Program-made: the position numbers and the translations under genes
The notes under the pieces: model-generated
The model's input: the letters and a program-made list of their open reading frames with translations, nothing else
Database searches by the model: none
Told to the model about the DNA's origin: nothing
Source: Marsupella aquatica
Lineage: Eukaryota > Plantae > Marchantiophyta
Length of the DNA stretch: 64,000 nucleotides
Assembly (NCBI GenBank): GCA_973895155.1
Contig: OZ316891.1
Coordinates: 19,989,048 to 20,053,047, forward strand
Direction of reading: 5' to 3'
Shown here: piece after piece, positions 50,730-64,000 of the stretch
Numbering within the stretch: position 1 is the first letter of the stretch
How the letters are laid out: the number at the start of each line of letters is the position of its first letter

Positions 50730-51105
50730 TTCATGGATCACATTGTGGGTACATGGGAGTTTGGGGCCAATAACTTGATGGATCACATTGTGGTAGTACA
50801 TGGGAGTTTGGGGCCCATAACTTGATACTATGAGTCCTAAATATTTTTTAGATGCAGGCAAGGCAATCCATGGGAGTTTGGGGCCAATAACTTGATGGAT
50901 CACATTGTGGTGGTACATGGGAGTTTGGGGCCCATAACTTGATACTATGAGTCCTAAATAATTTTTAGACGCAGGCAAGGCAATCCAGGGGAGTTTGGGG
51001 CCCATAACTTGATACTATAAGTACTAAAATAATTTTGCGTTTTGCACCATTGTGGTGGTCCATCTGAGTTTAGGGCCCATTACTTGATGACTATGAGTCC
51101 TAAAA
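50730..51105. repeat. Compound tandem repeat, ~117-bp period with recurring core CATGGGAGTTTGGGGCC(C/A)ATAACTTGAT
   Basis: The core occurs about 6 times. The higher-order period is visible at 50828 versus 50945. Confidence 0.85.
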
Positions 51106-54100
51106 AGATTTTTGGCTAAATTCAGTTTTGTGATGGAGGCCCTCAAATGGCTGGCTCAAAAACTCTTTGGCCACAAGATTTTATACATATTCTGAAAGAA
51201 TATATAGATACTTTGTGCTTCTATACAATTCCTTTTGTTTGTTTAATGTTTTCTTGAAAATTAAGTGGGCAGTTGTGGACTTTTAATGTGATAATTAGTT
51301 TTGAAATATTTTCCTCCTTTTAACTTAGAGTTTTAAGGGTATCTTAAGAGGAGGGACACAAAAGGACTGAAGGGGAACATTTTGCTTTTCAAAAGTCTTT
51401 TTTCCTTTTTCTTAGGGAAGGGGGAGGACACTGGCCAAGTCCTATGAACCACACCAAACAAGCAGTCATTTGTCTCATTGTCAAGTATGAGCCTTAAGTA
51501 TCTTTTTAGTAAGCAAATGACCCTTGAGACTCTAAATTTGTCCAACCTTTAGCACAGAACTATTACAAGTACTCCTCTTCTTAATGCAACAAAGTGTGTA
51601 ACTACATTCAGTTGGCCATGACTGACCCCCTAGGTCAAGGTTGGGGTACATTGTTTGGCGAGAATACTTATAGATGGAAACTGTTTGTAATAACTCAAAC
51701 CAAAACTACACAGAGATAAAGTACATGGGTGTGATCAAGGTCAAATTGTAAGCATTGCTCATCGGGTCATCCACTCTAAATTCCACTTCTTCGCTCAGTA
51801 CATAGGGGAGTACATAAGGATTTGATGTTTCTACATGATGTCACATTGTTCTCCACAACAATTACATCATCCTTTATTTGCCTTTGCATAAATGAATTAA
51901 CTCATTAGCTGCAGGAACCCAAAGCTACCCACAAAGGTTCATGATGGGGCAACACAAAATTCCATGATTGTACATCATTTTAGTTGTGCCTCTAGTTGTA
52001 TCTTGTGGTCAAAACTACTAGCTGGGAACCATGGTATAAGGTTCAAATTGTAACTTCTAACTTCCGGATTTTGTGCAATACAAGAAAATTAATAGTCCTC
52101 TTGAGGTAGGAAATCATGAGAGAACATGGGTTCCGACAGCGGACGGTTTCAAATGCAAAGGCAACTCGTATGTCGTGTGCATACACATCACTACACAACA
52201 TACATTACGTGTCATACAAATCCAAACGTATGCACGAACAAACATAGGAGAATTGAATGAGAATTGAATACAATTAGAATTCATGTCCACACATGTCCAA
52301 ACCCACAATCTTCAATGAATCAAAGAGCAATTGTAACCAACAATACACAATCAATCCTGCCCAATCCAATTCATCACAAATGTTGAGCCAAACACACCTT
52401 GCATCTCAAGGAATCCATGTTACATGCAGCCATACAAATTTGGTTGGCTACCATAGCCATTCAAGCTCATGCTTGAAAGCTCAACATTAAAAGATGAAGC
52501 CTCCAAGCCACCACAAGGGGATAACTATTAGTCGCGGAACTCGACTACCTTAACACTTAGCTCCGGCGTCGCTGACTCCGACGCCGAACTCCCTTATGGT
52601 CCAGGCCCGGATAGGCCATCTGGGGAGGACTTTGCATGGGGAGACTAGTGGGCAATGAGACGTGGCACTAGTGAAGGCAAGGAGCCAAGCTGGTGACACA
52701 CACTAAGGACTTAGGCGAGCTGAGAGCTGGTCGGGTCAAGGGGAAAGGGGCCGGACTCAAGGTCGACCGTCCGGGCCCCCGAACGGACTTTGAGTTCCGA
52801 GGGCTTGAGTGTGAGCTCATCTTGGGCCCAAGGCCAATGGAGTTGACGCCATGGGCAACGGACGCGTGGGGCGTGAGTTAGGGCCTGATCCGGGTTTGGC
52901 CAATCGGGGACCCCGAGCGGCGATGAGACCTGAGGGCCCGGACATGAGCATTGGGTTGGCCTGATCACAATGGGCTAAGGCACTCCGCTTGCGGATGCCT
53001 AACGAGAAAGTTATGGCGTTGCCAGTTGGTGGCACGCCCACTATGCGTGATAGGATCCGGGTTGGAGGCCAAATGTTTAGGGACCAAAGTTGGTCCCGGG
53101 GACACAAGTCTCCAAAAGCATATATGAAGGGAGTGGTGTCTCCCTGGGGGCCAAGGGCGAGCCGAAGTCGTGAGCCGCGACGGTCACGACACTAAGGGAA
53201 AGTGCCAAATGAAAACGACGATATCTTTCCAATGGGAAGTCTGTTGAAGGACTTCTTGGGTGCGTTGGAAAGCTCTTGAAGAGGGCTACGTCCTCCTGAG
53301 CTCAGCTGGGTCTGGGGGTGCCATGGGTTCTTGAGGTTTGCGGGTGTTAGCTCGCTCACTTGCCAAGTCCTACCAAACAGCAGCCAAGTTGCGTTTAGTA
53401 TCCCAAGGGAGCTTGCGTTGGGGAGGCAAGCACAAGTAGGCATGGAGGTTGAGTTTCAAGGGTGCTCGGCCCCTAGATCATCAGTGGAGCGAGAACCGGG
53501 AGTTGGTTGCTAGAGTCGGGGCCATTCGGGTCCCGGCGTGTTGGGACAAGCTTGGGACAAGCTTTAGGACAAGCTACGCTGATTGGGCCATGAGCATGTC
53601 CTGGGGTCAGGGCGGTCAATTGGTGATGGATAGGTACGAGGGGGAACCCGGGCCGCGCCCAAGGAAGGATCTGTTCTGGACGAATAGTGGGCGTGGGTTC
53701 TGGTTTCGGCTTATGGCATCGGGAGGACCTATCGCTGACCTATTTACCAATGTCTGTTGAGCTTGAGTTAGGATGCTAGACTTGGCGAGTTCTAGATCCT
53801 GAAGGGTTACTTACCGAGATGTTTGGTTGCTTGTTCAGACAGTGAGGACCGTTGAGTAGCGGTCGTGTTGGAGAGCAAGTGCGGCTTCGTATGGGAGGGG
53901 CCGCTGGCGGTGCAATGGGCACTAGGTTGCTTGCTCAAGGTATTCCGTGGAGGCATTGGGGCACCAGGGGCACTTAGGCGTGAGTGCTGGGATTGGCGAT
54001 GACGTTGGGTGGCTAGGTCCACCACTCTATTACTCCAAACATAGAGAAACCCTAAAGTGCTCAAATAACACGTATATGAAATCTCTAAACTCAGACCACA

Positions 54101-55583
54101 ATAGACTCTAATAATACTCATAATGGTGTGACACTTATTGCTCCACGGTGGCCAAAATCATGCAACCATGTATTAGTTTTTGCATAGTCATGGGCAGTTT
54201 GGGTACAATATCTCAATAAGATTATCTTTGACATCTTTAATTGCCTATTGTTTACATGGTTGTGAAAAGAATGAGTACAGTGCTTGCTGAGTGGTCTCAA
54301 CTTCCATGATGCCCCATTTTTTGCAACTCAATTCTAGGTAACCATAGGTTTGTTTTAAGAATAATTGGAAAATGATATCCAGATTCTCTAGGTAGTTCTA
54401 GGTTTTTTGAAAATAATTGGACAATGATCTCCGGAATGTCTAAAACATGATTTTTATCTTCAGAGTAATATCATTTTCTTAACATAGTAGCAGTGTAATT
54501 GTGTTCAGCCTTTGTGGCCCAAGCCCCTCAGTCACAGGTTAGTTTTGCATCTGCAAGGCAACTAAATAAAGGAGCCCAAATATTTCATAAACACAATTGA
54601 ATATAAATCTAATGTAATTCCAGTCCGCAACCAAAATGAAAATTAATCTAATGAGTGATTTAATATTTCATATTAACATAATGAAAATTATTCTAATGGG
54701 ATATTTTTAATTTTAATTTTTAATCTAATGGGATTTTGCCAATTACAACCAAAAATGGCCAAAAAGTCAGTATCGCAATGATGAAAGCATAGCTTACCGA
54801 CTCCTCTAAACTATCCTCAAAACTGTAACATACCTCAAATTAAAATATGAAGTTATCACAATCAGACTCAAATGTTGGGAAACATGGTCCATTGGGGTTT
54901 CAAAGATCAACATTGTGGATCATGGGGGTTTCAAATTCTCTCATACAAAGCTTACAAATACTATTTGAGCAAAGGGTCTGGATGGAGATGCCATCCAAGC
55001 TTTTGTATGGCCCCGCGGTCGATGCTCCAAAATCAACCCTTCGCTCCTCATCCGAACTCTTCTAGTCCTGTACAGTGAATGAACGAAAGAAAGGCACCTC
55101 GTGCATATCTCCTCGTCCTGTCCCGTCATCCCATTCTATCCTCTTCCTTCAATTATATCAATTCAATCCCTCCCCTCCGTCCTCCCTTTTCCTTCCTTCC
55201 ATAGCTGCATCACTCTGTTCTGATCCAAGCTTCCTCGCCCTCCCCTCCCCCATTCTTCCTCGGTGGGTGTGGAAAAGTGATGTGGTGAGGTGAGGTGTGC
55301 TTCACGGGGATGTGTTTGAGACTGGAGTGAATTGAGGTGTTGGGTTGGATTGGATTGGATTCGATTCGATATTGTCGCATTTGGGTTTGATTTGGTTTGG
55401 TTTGGGTGAAGTGGAGGAAATCGTCGACGAGCTGCAGACGGAGTGGTGGAGTAGATAGGCAGAGGTTGGAAGAGGAGAGCTGCTTGGTCGAGGGAATCGT
55501 CGACAGGCTGCGGACGGAGTGGTGGAATAGTTAGGCAGAGGATAACAGAGGAGGAGAGAGGAGAGAGGAGAGAGGAGAGTGTC

Positions 55584-56489
55584 ATGGCCTCGGCAGTGGG
55601 AGCCGCCTCGGCAGCGGGCGTGATGAGCTTGGCGCAGCAAGGAGTCGGAGCGGTGGTGAGTAATGCTCAAGCGACGAGGGTTGCAATTTTGTCCGGAACG
55701 AAAGCCAGCAGCGGCAGGGCGGTGAGGAGATACTTGTCTGCGGTGGTGTCGAGAGCACCCGGAGCCGTTGTAGCTGTCAGGGCCGTGGCCATGCAGGATT
55801 CCTTGACGGACGAGGATTCGGAGGGGATTGGAGAAATGGGCATAGGGCAAAGGGAGCTCAAGGACTACCCCCCGGGTTTGCAGCGGTATGAGACAATGGC
55901 GGTCTTGCGGCCTGACATTTCCGAGGAACAGCGTCTCGCTCTCACCCAACGCTACGAAGAGGTAGGCGGCTGACTTTCATTCTTTGTTTTGATTTGGTTT
56001 TCTCCATGTAGCCAGTCTTTCCTCCGGACTTTTCCGTAGGCGATTATGTGGACAGAATCGTTTCTGGCAGGAGCCGAAAAGAGTATTTTTGTCACAAATG
56101 TCGATGAGCCCTTTTACGAGATCAGGAGAATTTCAGTCTAGGAGTTTATAAGCTCCTTGATTTGTGGTTCTACTATTTCTCTGTCTTCGTCTCTCCTTCG
56201 ACACGTGTTGTAGATACAGAGGTTTTTTAAGCCAAAAAACTTGGATTGTTTTGTACAGGCAATTATAGCTGGGGGTGGTTTGGACGTCGAGATGTTCAAC
56301 AGGGGAATGCACCCTCTTGCTTATGGGATCGGGACGAAGAATATGAGCGGAGTTTCTAGTAGATACTTGGACGGTATCTATCTGCTGTTCACTTATGTCA
56401 CGAAGCCAGAGAGTCAGCTCTCCCTTCAAAAGAGGTTAAATGCCGATGATGATATCATCCGCTCCACGACTTTTAGGTTGAAGGTTTAG
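55584..56489 (+). CDS. PRPS6: Plastid 30S ribosomal protein S6, 2 exons, ~202 aa
   Basis: Exons 55584-55961 and 56259-56489. An Ala/Ser-rich transit peptide precedes PPGLQRYETMAVLRPDISEEQRLALTQRYEE...FNRGMHPLAY...YLDGIYLLFTY...DDDIIRS. Confidence 0.93.
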
Positions 56490-58609
56490 TGAAACCGCTG
56501 AATCGATATTTGCGCCAGGAGATGATTAATTTTTTTAATTCAAGATTTTTGATCACCTTCTTGGGCTTCTGTGTCATCGTGTGTGCACACTGGGGTGCTT
56601 CTACATCCTTCACCCAAGCTTCTTCTTCCCACTAAGCGTCCTCTGAACTTCGACCCGAAGAGAGCTCTTGGTAGCTCTGATTCAGCAAAAGGAGTCTGGG
56701 GGTTCATCTCCATGACGAACGTCCTAGTGAGATTTGACTTCCGAGAGTATAGCCTCATTGTCAAGGTAAACACTTGCATTATCGAGCCTCAGTCCCGCGA
56801 TCAGTACATGTCTTACATGTTATCTAAGCGTTAGATGGATTTTCAATCTCGTTCTTATGAGGGAAAGTGAAGTTATCCAAAGATCACGTGAAAAAGGCAA
56901 GCAGTGTATCCTCGATTGGCCCGAAAGTGTTGCAAGCAGGTTCTGTCCCGTCTTCAATCTATTTCTTTTTTTTAGCGTGGATTGTCTTCATCTCAGGACG
57001 ACACATCGTCATTGCCTTGATTTGGTTACTGTTTTCCTTCAACTTTAATTCGGGTTCTTCATACTCCCAAGGGATCATTGTCTTTCTTTGATTAGCTTTC
57101 ATTTGAATGTTTCCTGGTCAACATCGCGACAATCCTGTGTGTTATGCTCCCCATGCAACATATAATCCTGGTTTGATTCGTCGGACCTGATCAGAGAACC
57201 TCAGAGGCATGATAAAACTTGCAATAGTGGTACAGGAATCTGCAAATTAACGGATTGTACGCCACCGGGTGCATTCATTGGAACGGGTCTAGGTCAGGGC
57301 CCTCTCCTATTGGGACGTGTGGCTCTTTAGTGGGTTTAGTTGATGTCGTTCATAGTAGGATTGAAACCTTCGATCATGAATCTGTGAATTAATTTCGTTT
57401 CATCGTAGAGGATTTTAATTGCATTTCTCCATCTCCTAGCACTCATGTATTTACCTGGTTTTGGACCTTATAGTGATACAAGACGGTGTGGCTGTCAATA
57501 GGTCAGCCCCGATTTTGGACCATTCTCAGCATCAAAGAGAGCTCATGCCGCACTTTTCTGCATATCTTCTTGAAATTTGTGGTCCTAATCTGGGAAGTAT
57601 AGGTGCAGTGAAGTTCTACTATCTGCGTGGCTGCCTCCTGTAGACGTAATCATCGTACAGGATTACAGGATTACAGGACCCTGTAGCAGGCAAGGCAGTC
57701 GAAACCCGTGGGATTGCCCAATACCTGCAGTATCATCTCCTAACGGATTGTAAGGGTGCATACGTTGTTAGTGTGCATGTGGGCCCAGTTTGGAGGTGCA
57801 TACAGGTCAGGGATCACATCATGCAGTCCCTTCTGTTGTAGCACCATGTGGGATTGGAAATCTATTCCCAGAAGCGCATGACAAGTGCTTTGAGATTAGG
57901 AATAGAGTGTCCTCCTAAGACATTAGTAGCACTCAATCCGTAGGCACCAATCACATACTGTTTGTTCGTAGTCATCGTTTTCCGTTAACCAGTCTCAAGT
58001 ACACATGAGCTCAGCTGTGTGTAAAGGACATGAGCCTCGGTAGTCGAATATAAAAACTCAAGAGTTTTTCTTGTCATGACCCATAATGCATTTTACTTCG
58101 TTCCAGCTCAGTTGCAGGTAAAGGATGTGAGAAAAGGCTCACTACCGTAGTACTCCCCTCAATGAATATGACGAGGAGCCACGTTTTCCATTCAATTAGA
58201 GGTATTTGCATCATCCACAGTAATGCTACCGAAAGATAACATGATGAGAGTGAGAACCCTGTTCCCTAGAAAGTGCTATTTTTCCATCCAGGATCTTCAA
58301 CTATCGGAGATTCATTTAGGGAGGTTCAAATCTTAGGGTCCTAAGCTCTTAGCAATTTGTCATCTAGCTGGCGAGGTTGAAATGTACTAACCTATCATAT
58401 ACCTTACTTTGCTAAGGAGAGTACAACTTCCAATGTTTCCATCAATCCACCAACTGCACAATGCGCTCTAGCACCCTTACAGAAACCTTGCAAGTAGGTA
58501 ATTCACAGTTAAAAACCATATTTGCATTTGACAAGCAAAATTTTTGTCAAATTATAAAACATGAACTTCTGATAAAATGATATTGATAAAATGATATTTC
58601 ATATCAAAT

Positions 58610-60780
58610 AATGTGCTATGCTGTCCATCATATAATTCACATGAAAGTGGAGCGTATTTTTATTATTATTATAATGGAGTTTCACATTTTCTTGTAATCT
58701 TTTTATCTCAATGATCAGTCTATCCAATCAAATTATAATTTATTGTTTTTGTTGTTATGACATATTTTGCTTTAGTATTAGACTTAGCTATATACTTTTG
58801 TAAAGTATACCTCCTTGTTGTAGATCTCTTTCAGTCTAGATCATATGTATAATTAACATTTACATACCTCATCAATGATCTAGTATTATTTGCATCAAAT
58901 AATAGACCATGATTCATATTACCCTTCAAATACCTAATATCCACTTGAATAACCCTAAGACAATTTGATAAACTCTCAAATTTTGTTGTTCTTCAGTGAC
59001 TGCATCTCCAATTGCTTTGTTGCTATCCATTTTGGTTCTCTTTTGAAACACTTGCCTCATGAAAACTTCCTTTCAAATCAACGCATAAATTTCATCATCA
59101 GCAATTAAATACTCTCTTGCAACTGAGATAAATCAATCCACTGTCCATACCTAGGAGGAGGACGATCAATGTAATCAAATGTTCTTCTAGTCGATGACTC
59201 TGGTTGATCTATTCCTGCTAGTACAATTTGAGGTTGAGTAGTAATCACTTGCTGCTCACCAACATCAATAAACTCTTCTTCTCTCTGATCATGCACCTTA
59301 TGATCAATCTTTCCTCAACGAGATCCACAATGAGAGGTTTTCCTTTGTCAATATGTGAGACTTGAGTATTCTCCTCCTCTCTCAATAATCTGGATTCATT
59401 AAAGGAAACATTCATACTGACAAACAATTTACACGCAATAGGATCTCGTAATTTGTGGCCTTCACACCACTTCAGTACCCAATAAATACGGATTTCTTGG
59501 ACGTAGGATCCAACTCCATCCTATTTGGCTTTGGTGTAAGAGTGTACACATCACTTCCAAAAACTACCTAGCCATGATAGCCTCCTTGTCGCTTATAATG
59601 CATTTCAAACGGCATTTTAAAATTGATTGCATTAGAAGAAGAAAGATTTTTACCAAATAAGTTATAGTATTGATAGCTCATGCCCCAAATTCCTGGGATA
59701 AACCTCCTTGGGTCCACATATTTTGTGATCGCTCCAAAAATGTTTCATTGAGCCTCTCAACGACACCATTCTATTGCAAAGTATAAATTGTGATGAACCC
59801 GATGGTGAAATAGAAAGTTATCACATATTCTGCAAGGCACACTTCAAATTCAACAAAAGTGTACTCCTCGCCTTTGTCTGACCTCAAACTTTTTACCCTT
59901 GTCTCCAAATATTTAGCCATGTTTCTAGTTTGATTCTCCATTTGGGCCTTCTATTTCTTGAAAATGGACAAGACATCGCACTTATGCGTCATGAAATAAA
60001 TTCACATAGATCTTGAGTAATTGTTAATGAAAGATACACAATACAATTTTCTAGAGCGTAAGGGAATTGAAGATGGACCCCACACCTCACTATATGTACT
60101 CAAGAATCGTTTAGAAACGATGAATAAGCATGCATAATTATGTTGTTTTCCAAAATGCAATGCTCACATAAACCTAATTTACCTGAAGATTGCAAATCAT
60201 AAATGAACTCATTCTTTTGGAAGATAGTCAAACCCTTCTTACTCATGTTACTTAGCCATGAATGTCATAATTAGTCATCTCCTCGTGAAATTTGGTTATA
60301 TTGGCTTCTCTGCAAATCGTACTGCGTTATAGCACATACAAATTCTTCAGTTTGCTCATGATCTTCAAGATCATCGTCTTTCCTAACATGACTTGAAGTA
60401 CAATGTTAATCACTTTCCATTGATGATCATTTGTATCCGACACACACGGTGAAATCAAATTCTTATGCATGTCGGGTATGCTATATACTGTGCGCACATT
60501 GTCATCAAATATTTGAATCTTTACAGACTCAATACTCTCAACTCAATTGACAAGAGTAATCATTTTCTATCAAAACTGAACCATTTGAAATATAATAAGA
60601 ACTAAAAAACTCACAAATGTAGCAAATATGAAAAAGAGTAAGCACAGTCAAATGTGTTCTCAATTTACTTTGTTCTCTGCCATTTGTGTGTTGTTGTGAC
60701 CTCCCATGATTCATATTCAAGGCAACACCACACGACAATAATGGCTGAGAAGACATGGTCAAATTTTGCTACAAGTCATT
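58610..60780 (-). pseudogene. Decayed, internally deleted Copia relic of the element-B family (gag end, PR, INT, parts of RT/RH)
   Basis: Colinear nucleotide similarity to 11870-15290; for example 59120-59420 vs 13350-13700 and 59860-60650 vs 14120-14925. It carries many stops, indels and large deletions. Confidence 0.88.
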
Positions 60781-60819
60781 AGTCAACATAGCACTTCCGA
60801 TCATGATGAAACAACATTT

Positions 60820-61900
60820 GTGACAAGTTGGATCCTTCATCCAAGAACTGTATTTTTCTTGGGTACGAGATCAATGTGAAGGCCTACAGGCTATGAGATC
60901 CTGTTGCTTGTAAATTGCTTGTCAATAGAGATGTCTCCTTCAATCCATAGATTATAGAAGAAGGGAATAATACTCAGGTCTCCCATATTGACATAGGAAA
61001 ATCTCTCATCCTAGATCTTATTTAAGGAGGAGATTGATTATGAAATGCATGATCTGAGAAAAGAATGGGCTCCAAGCATGGAGCTAGTTCCTAAGCCAGA
61101 GTAACAAGAGGAGTATACTGATGCTAGTGAGCAACAAGTGATTATTTGTAGATTGTTGAAATCCTTGACTATATAGGTTAAAGTGATCACCGAGATAGTG
61201 AAATGAGCAGTTTGATAATTCAATCCGTGCACAATGTTTTCACAATAGTGTGTATGTGAAACCGGTGAAAAATTATGTCTTGGGTTCATTGTTTTAGTGT
61301 TTTATTATGTGGATGACATGTTTATTGTGGCCAATGATAGATTTGAGATTGCTAAACTCAAGACACTGTTTAGTGTAGTTTAAGATAAAAGACTTAGGGC
61401 CAACTACGAGGATTTTGAGTATGAAGGTCACTAGCGACTTGGAGGTTCATAAACTATGGTTGACGCAGGGCAATTCTACGAGGAAAGTAATTGTCAGGTT
61501 CCCAATTTTTCAACATGGGGGATAGCAAGTCAATAAATTAGTATGTGCTACATTTACTCTTAGGTCTAGGGTTATGACTGTAACCGTAGTTAGGGCTGAC
61601 CCTAGTCACGGACTAGGTTAGGCTAACTAGGTTGCACACTATATCCCAAACAATTTTTGATTAGATAGAGGGAACTCAGGCTCATTGTTGCGGAGCTAGT
61701 TGAGAGATAGAGAGATTTTGTGTTGCAGAGACTTGATATGCAGTAAAGCTCTCGTGTGTTCCCATGGGCGTAGGGAACTCAGGCTCATTGTTACGGAAGT
61801 AATTGAGATATAGGAAGATCTTGTATTGCGGAGACTCGGCATGACTTGATGTGTGTTGATGCTTGTCGTTGATGTGTGTTAGATGCTTGTGACAGGGCCG
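60820..61900 (+). mobile_element. Second B-family relic in opposite orientation (INT C-term/RT fragments) followed by a degenerate B-type LTR
   Basis: 60820-61145 is the reverse complement of the 13480-13795 type sequence. 61280-61500 encodes FIVLVF.YVDDM-like RT. 61545-61900 aligns with the reverse complement of the B LTR (ATTTACTCTTA.GTCTAGG, GTTGCACACTATATC, AGGCTCATTGTT, CAGTAAAGCTCTC). Confidence 0.8.
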
Positions 61901-62030
61901 CAAACCCGATAGTAACTTAGTGATGACTTATAATTGCATATATAACTAGAAAGACAAGTAGGTGTAGTAAAAGTGTTTAGATTTTCAAATTTTCAAAATT
62001 TTTTAATTTTTGTTAGTTCTAATAAATGGA

Positions 62031-64000
62031 TGTGACAACCGGAGCCCGCGATCCGTGGGGCGCGAGACGGAGGGTCGCCCCGCGAGTAGGCAGAGCCCCG
62101 AAAGGGTCTGCCGGGGCGTAAGCGAGGGGCAGCCGGGGAGGAGGAGCCCGTGAGCCGTGGGGCGCGAGACGGAGGGTCACCCCGCGAGTAGGCGGAGCCC
62201 CGAAAGGGTCTGCCAGGGAGGAGGAGCCCGCGAGCCGTGGGGCGCGAGACGGAGGGCCGCCCCGCGAGTAGGCGGAGCCCCGAAAGGGTCTGCCGGGGAG
62301 GAGGAGCCCGCGAGCCGTGGGGCGCGAGACGGAGGGCCGCCCCGCGAGTAGGTGGAGCCCCGAAAGGGTCTGCCGGGGCGTAAACGAGGTGGCAGCCGCA
62401 TGGAAGTTGACTCTGGATCAACCGGAGTTTAGTGCGGCACGCGTTCGGAGATACAAGGCTGCTTACCGTGACTACATTGAGACATTGATTGCAAGAGCTT
62501 AGAGAAGAAGCTCAGGGAGGTACGTAAATCGTTACGAGAAGCTCAGGTCAACACGGGGATGCCACCCTGATCTGTCACCCCTGAGACTCCCATGGCCACC
62601 GGGCAGGTTTTACCGTTGGAGTTGCGGTCCGGTGAAGAGGCGGCCTTATGGAAGGACACCATTGGTGAGGGGTACATTAAGGCGTGGCAAGGCGTGGCAA
62701 GCCTTGGCCAATTTGAGGAAGCAGGGGAGCACTAGCACAAGGAGTACCCCGGTGAAGAAGAAGAGGAGTGAAGTGGCACTCACTCCAGTGGAGAGTGATG
62801 AGGAGGCCCACTCACGGGGCTCAAGTCAGGGCACCGTGAGTGAAGAGGAGGAGGATTAGAGTGGTCGTACGGACGTGGTTGTACGGCCCCTTGACTTTTC
62901 AACTTTTTTTTGAGGGGTCACTCACGGGCTTGTTGGAAAGAGCTTGCAGAGCTGATTCCAACAAGAGGCGGCGCTCCTCAAACGGAGCCAGGATGAGCAG
63001 GTTAGGGCCCGACGAAGTTGAGTTTATGGGATACTGAAACGACCATAACTTGGTCGTCCGATGTCCGTTTCAAGAGCGGTTGAGTGATTCATGATCAGTG
63101 GGAGCAGGGCTACCCAGGGGTGAGCTCAGAGGTGAAATCAGAGTGACACCTAGTTTCGGCAATTGTGGGATCCCTTGCATTTTCACGGTTCACGGAGCGA
63201 CGTTGGGGCGCCGTCGAAGGCACCGTCGGCCCCATTTTTAGTTTAGGGTTTTAGGAGCATGTGTGTGCCGCATGCTTTAGGATTAGGGATTCCTTGTGGA
63301 AGGTTTTAGCGGCGCCGCTAGGGTAGCCGCCACCTTTGTGACCCCATGAGGGGGCTTTGGTGTGTTTGTTTCTAGTATTTAGGGGGAGAGCCCCGGAGTA
63401 GTGAAGGGGGAACTCAGCGTAGTGCTTTGATGCTTTTGAGTAGCTTTTGTGAGTAGCGCACCGTTTAGGTGAAGTTCAAGCCAGAGTAGTGAGGTGGAGA
63501 ACGTAGCACTTGTCCCAGGGAGGCAGGAGTTGGGCAGACGGCAGGAGGCCGGGTTGCCCTTGCATGTGTTACGGGAAACACCAAGAGATATGGATTTGGC
63601 TTGAGGTTCCAATATTTTGTGTGTCACTTGTTGTTGCTTGTGTTGTTTGTTTTCCTCCCCTAGTGCATGTGGTCGGTTTCGTTGTGGAAACATTTGCCCT
63701 TGTCACTAGTGTTCAAACTTTATTGTAAACGTTTGTATGCTTGCCCATGAGAGGGGGGTGGTGACAGCACTCACCCGGTGGGCATAAGTTATAGATGGTA
63801 GGACCAGTCCCTTGGACTTGATCAAAAACGGAGAGACCAGTCGATAGACTTGATCAAAAAGTACACTTCCGAGAGCGGAATCAAACATACTCATCCTTAG
63901 GTGTGAAAATCCTTCAAATAGCGTCCCTCCACGACCCCGTAATACGATACCAACGGTTTAAGCGAAGAAAAGTACAGTTTGCACGTATTAATCGTTGGAT
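62031..64000 (+). mobile_element. Probable long LTR / 5' part of another retrotransposon, running off the window
   Basis: There is an abrupt AT-to-GC transition starting with TGTGACA at 62031, followed by internal tandem repeats and telobox-like TAGGGTTT. No credible ORF. The second terminus is not visible. Confidence 0.4.
62041..62397. repeat. GC-rich tandem repeat, 4 x ~80 bp
   Basis: The unit GGAGCCCGCGAGCCGTGGGGCGCGAGACGGAGGG..CCCCGCGAGTAGGCGGAGCCCCGAAAGGGTCTGCCGGGG starts at 62041, 62143, 62223 and 62303. Confidence 0.92.

Noticed and set aside
55340-55580. Pentanucleotide runs and a ~50-bp duplication upstream of PRPS6
   Set aside because: Ordinary low-complexity 5' UTR sequence.
61993-62421. 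Repetitive ORFs of 60-140 aa here and at 50634-51005
   Set aside because: They are translations of tandem repeats with no domain evidence.

Overview
This is eukaryotic land-plant nuclear DNA. The gene style suggests a bryophyte such as a liverwort, but that is inference only. Six host genes can be modelled: CNX1 (molybdenum-cofactor insertase, 13 exons, 1270-6825 +), an intronless TAF11-like gene (24790-25422 +), a CGL160/AtpI-like plastid membrane-protein gene (27262-30161 -), plastid UMP kinase/PyrH (32229-36038 +), a GW/WG-rich protein of unknown function (46646-48551 +) and plastid ribosomal protein S6 (55584-56489 +). From 10204 to 22339 lies a young nested pair of Ty1/Copia LTR retrotransposons, both with TSD, PBS and PPT, inserted in an apparent intron of an RPA1-like pseudogene. 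The most unusual feature is a ~124-bp module at 22216-22339. It has its own LTR-like terminus, carries a tRNA-derived Pol III promoter, is fused to the outer element's 5' LTR only, and lies inside the shared target-site duplication. The inner Copia has an in-frame TGA between gag and pol, a D-C-A protease motif and a variable 18-bp minisatellite in its LTRs. The right end holds decayed, rearranged relics of the inner Copia family and the start of a probable further LTR element. All coordinates were read by eye; no searches were run.
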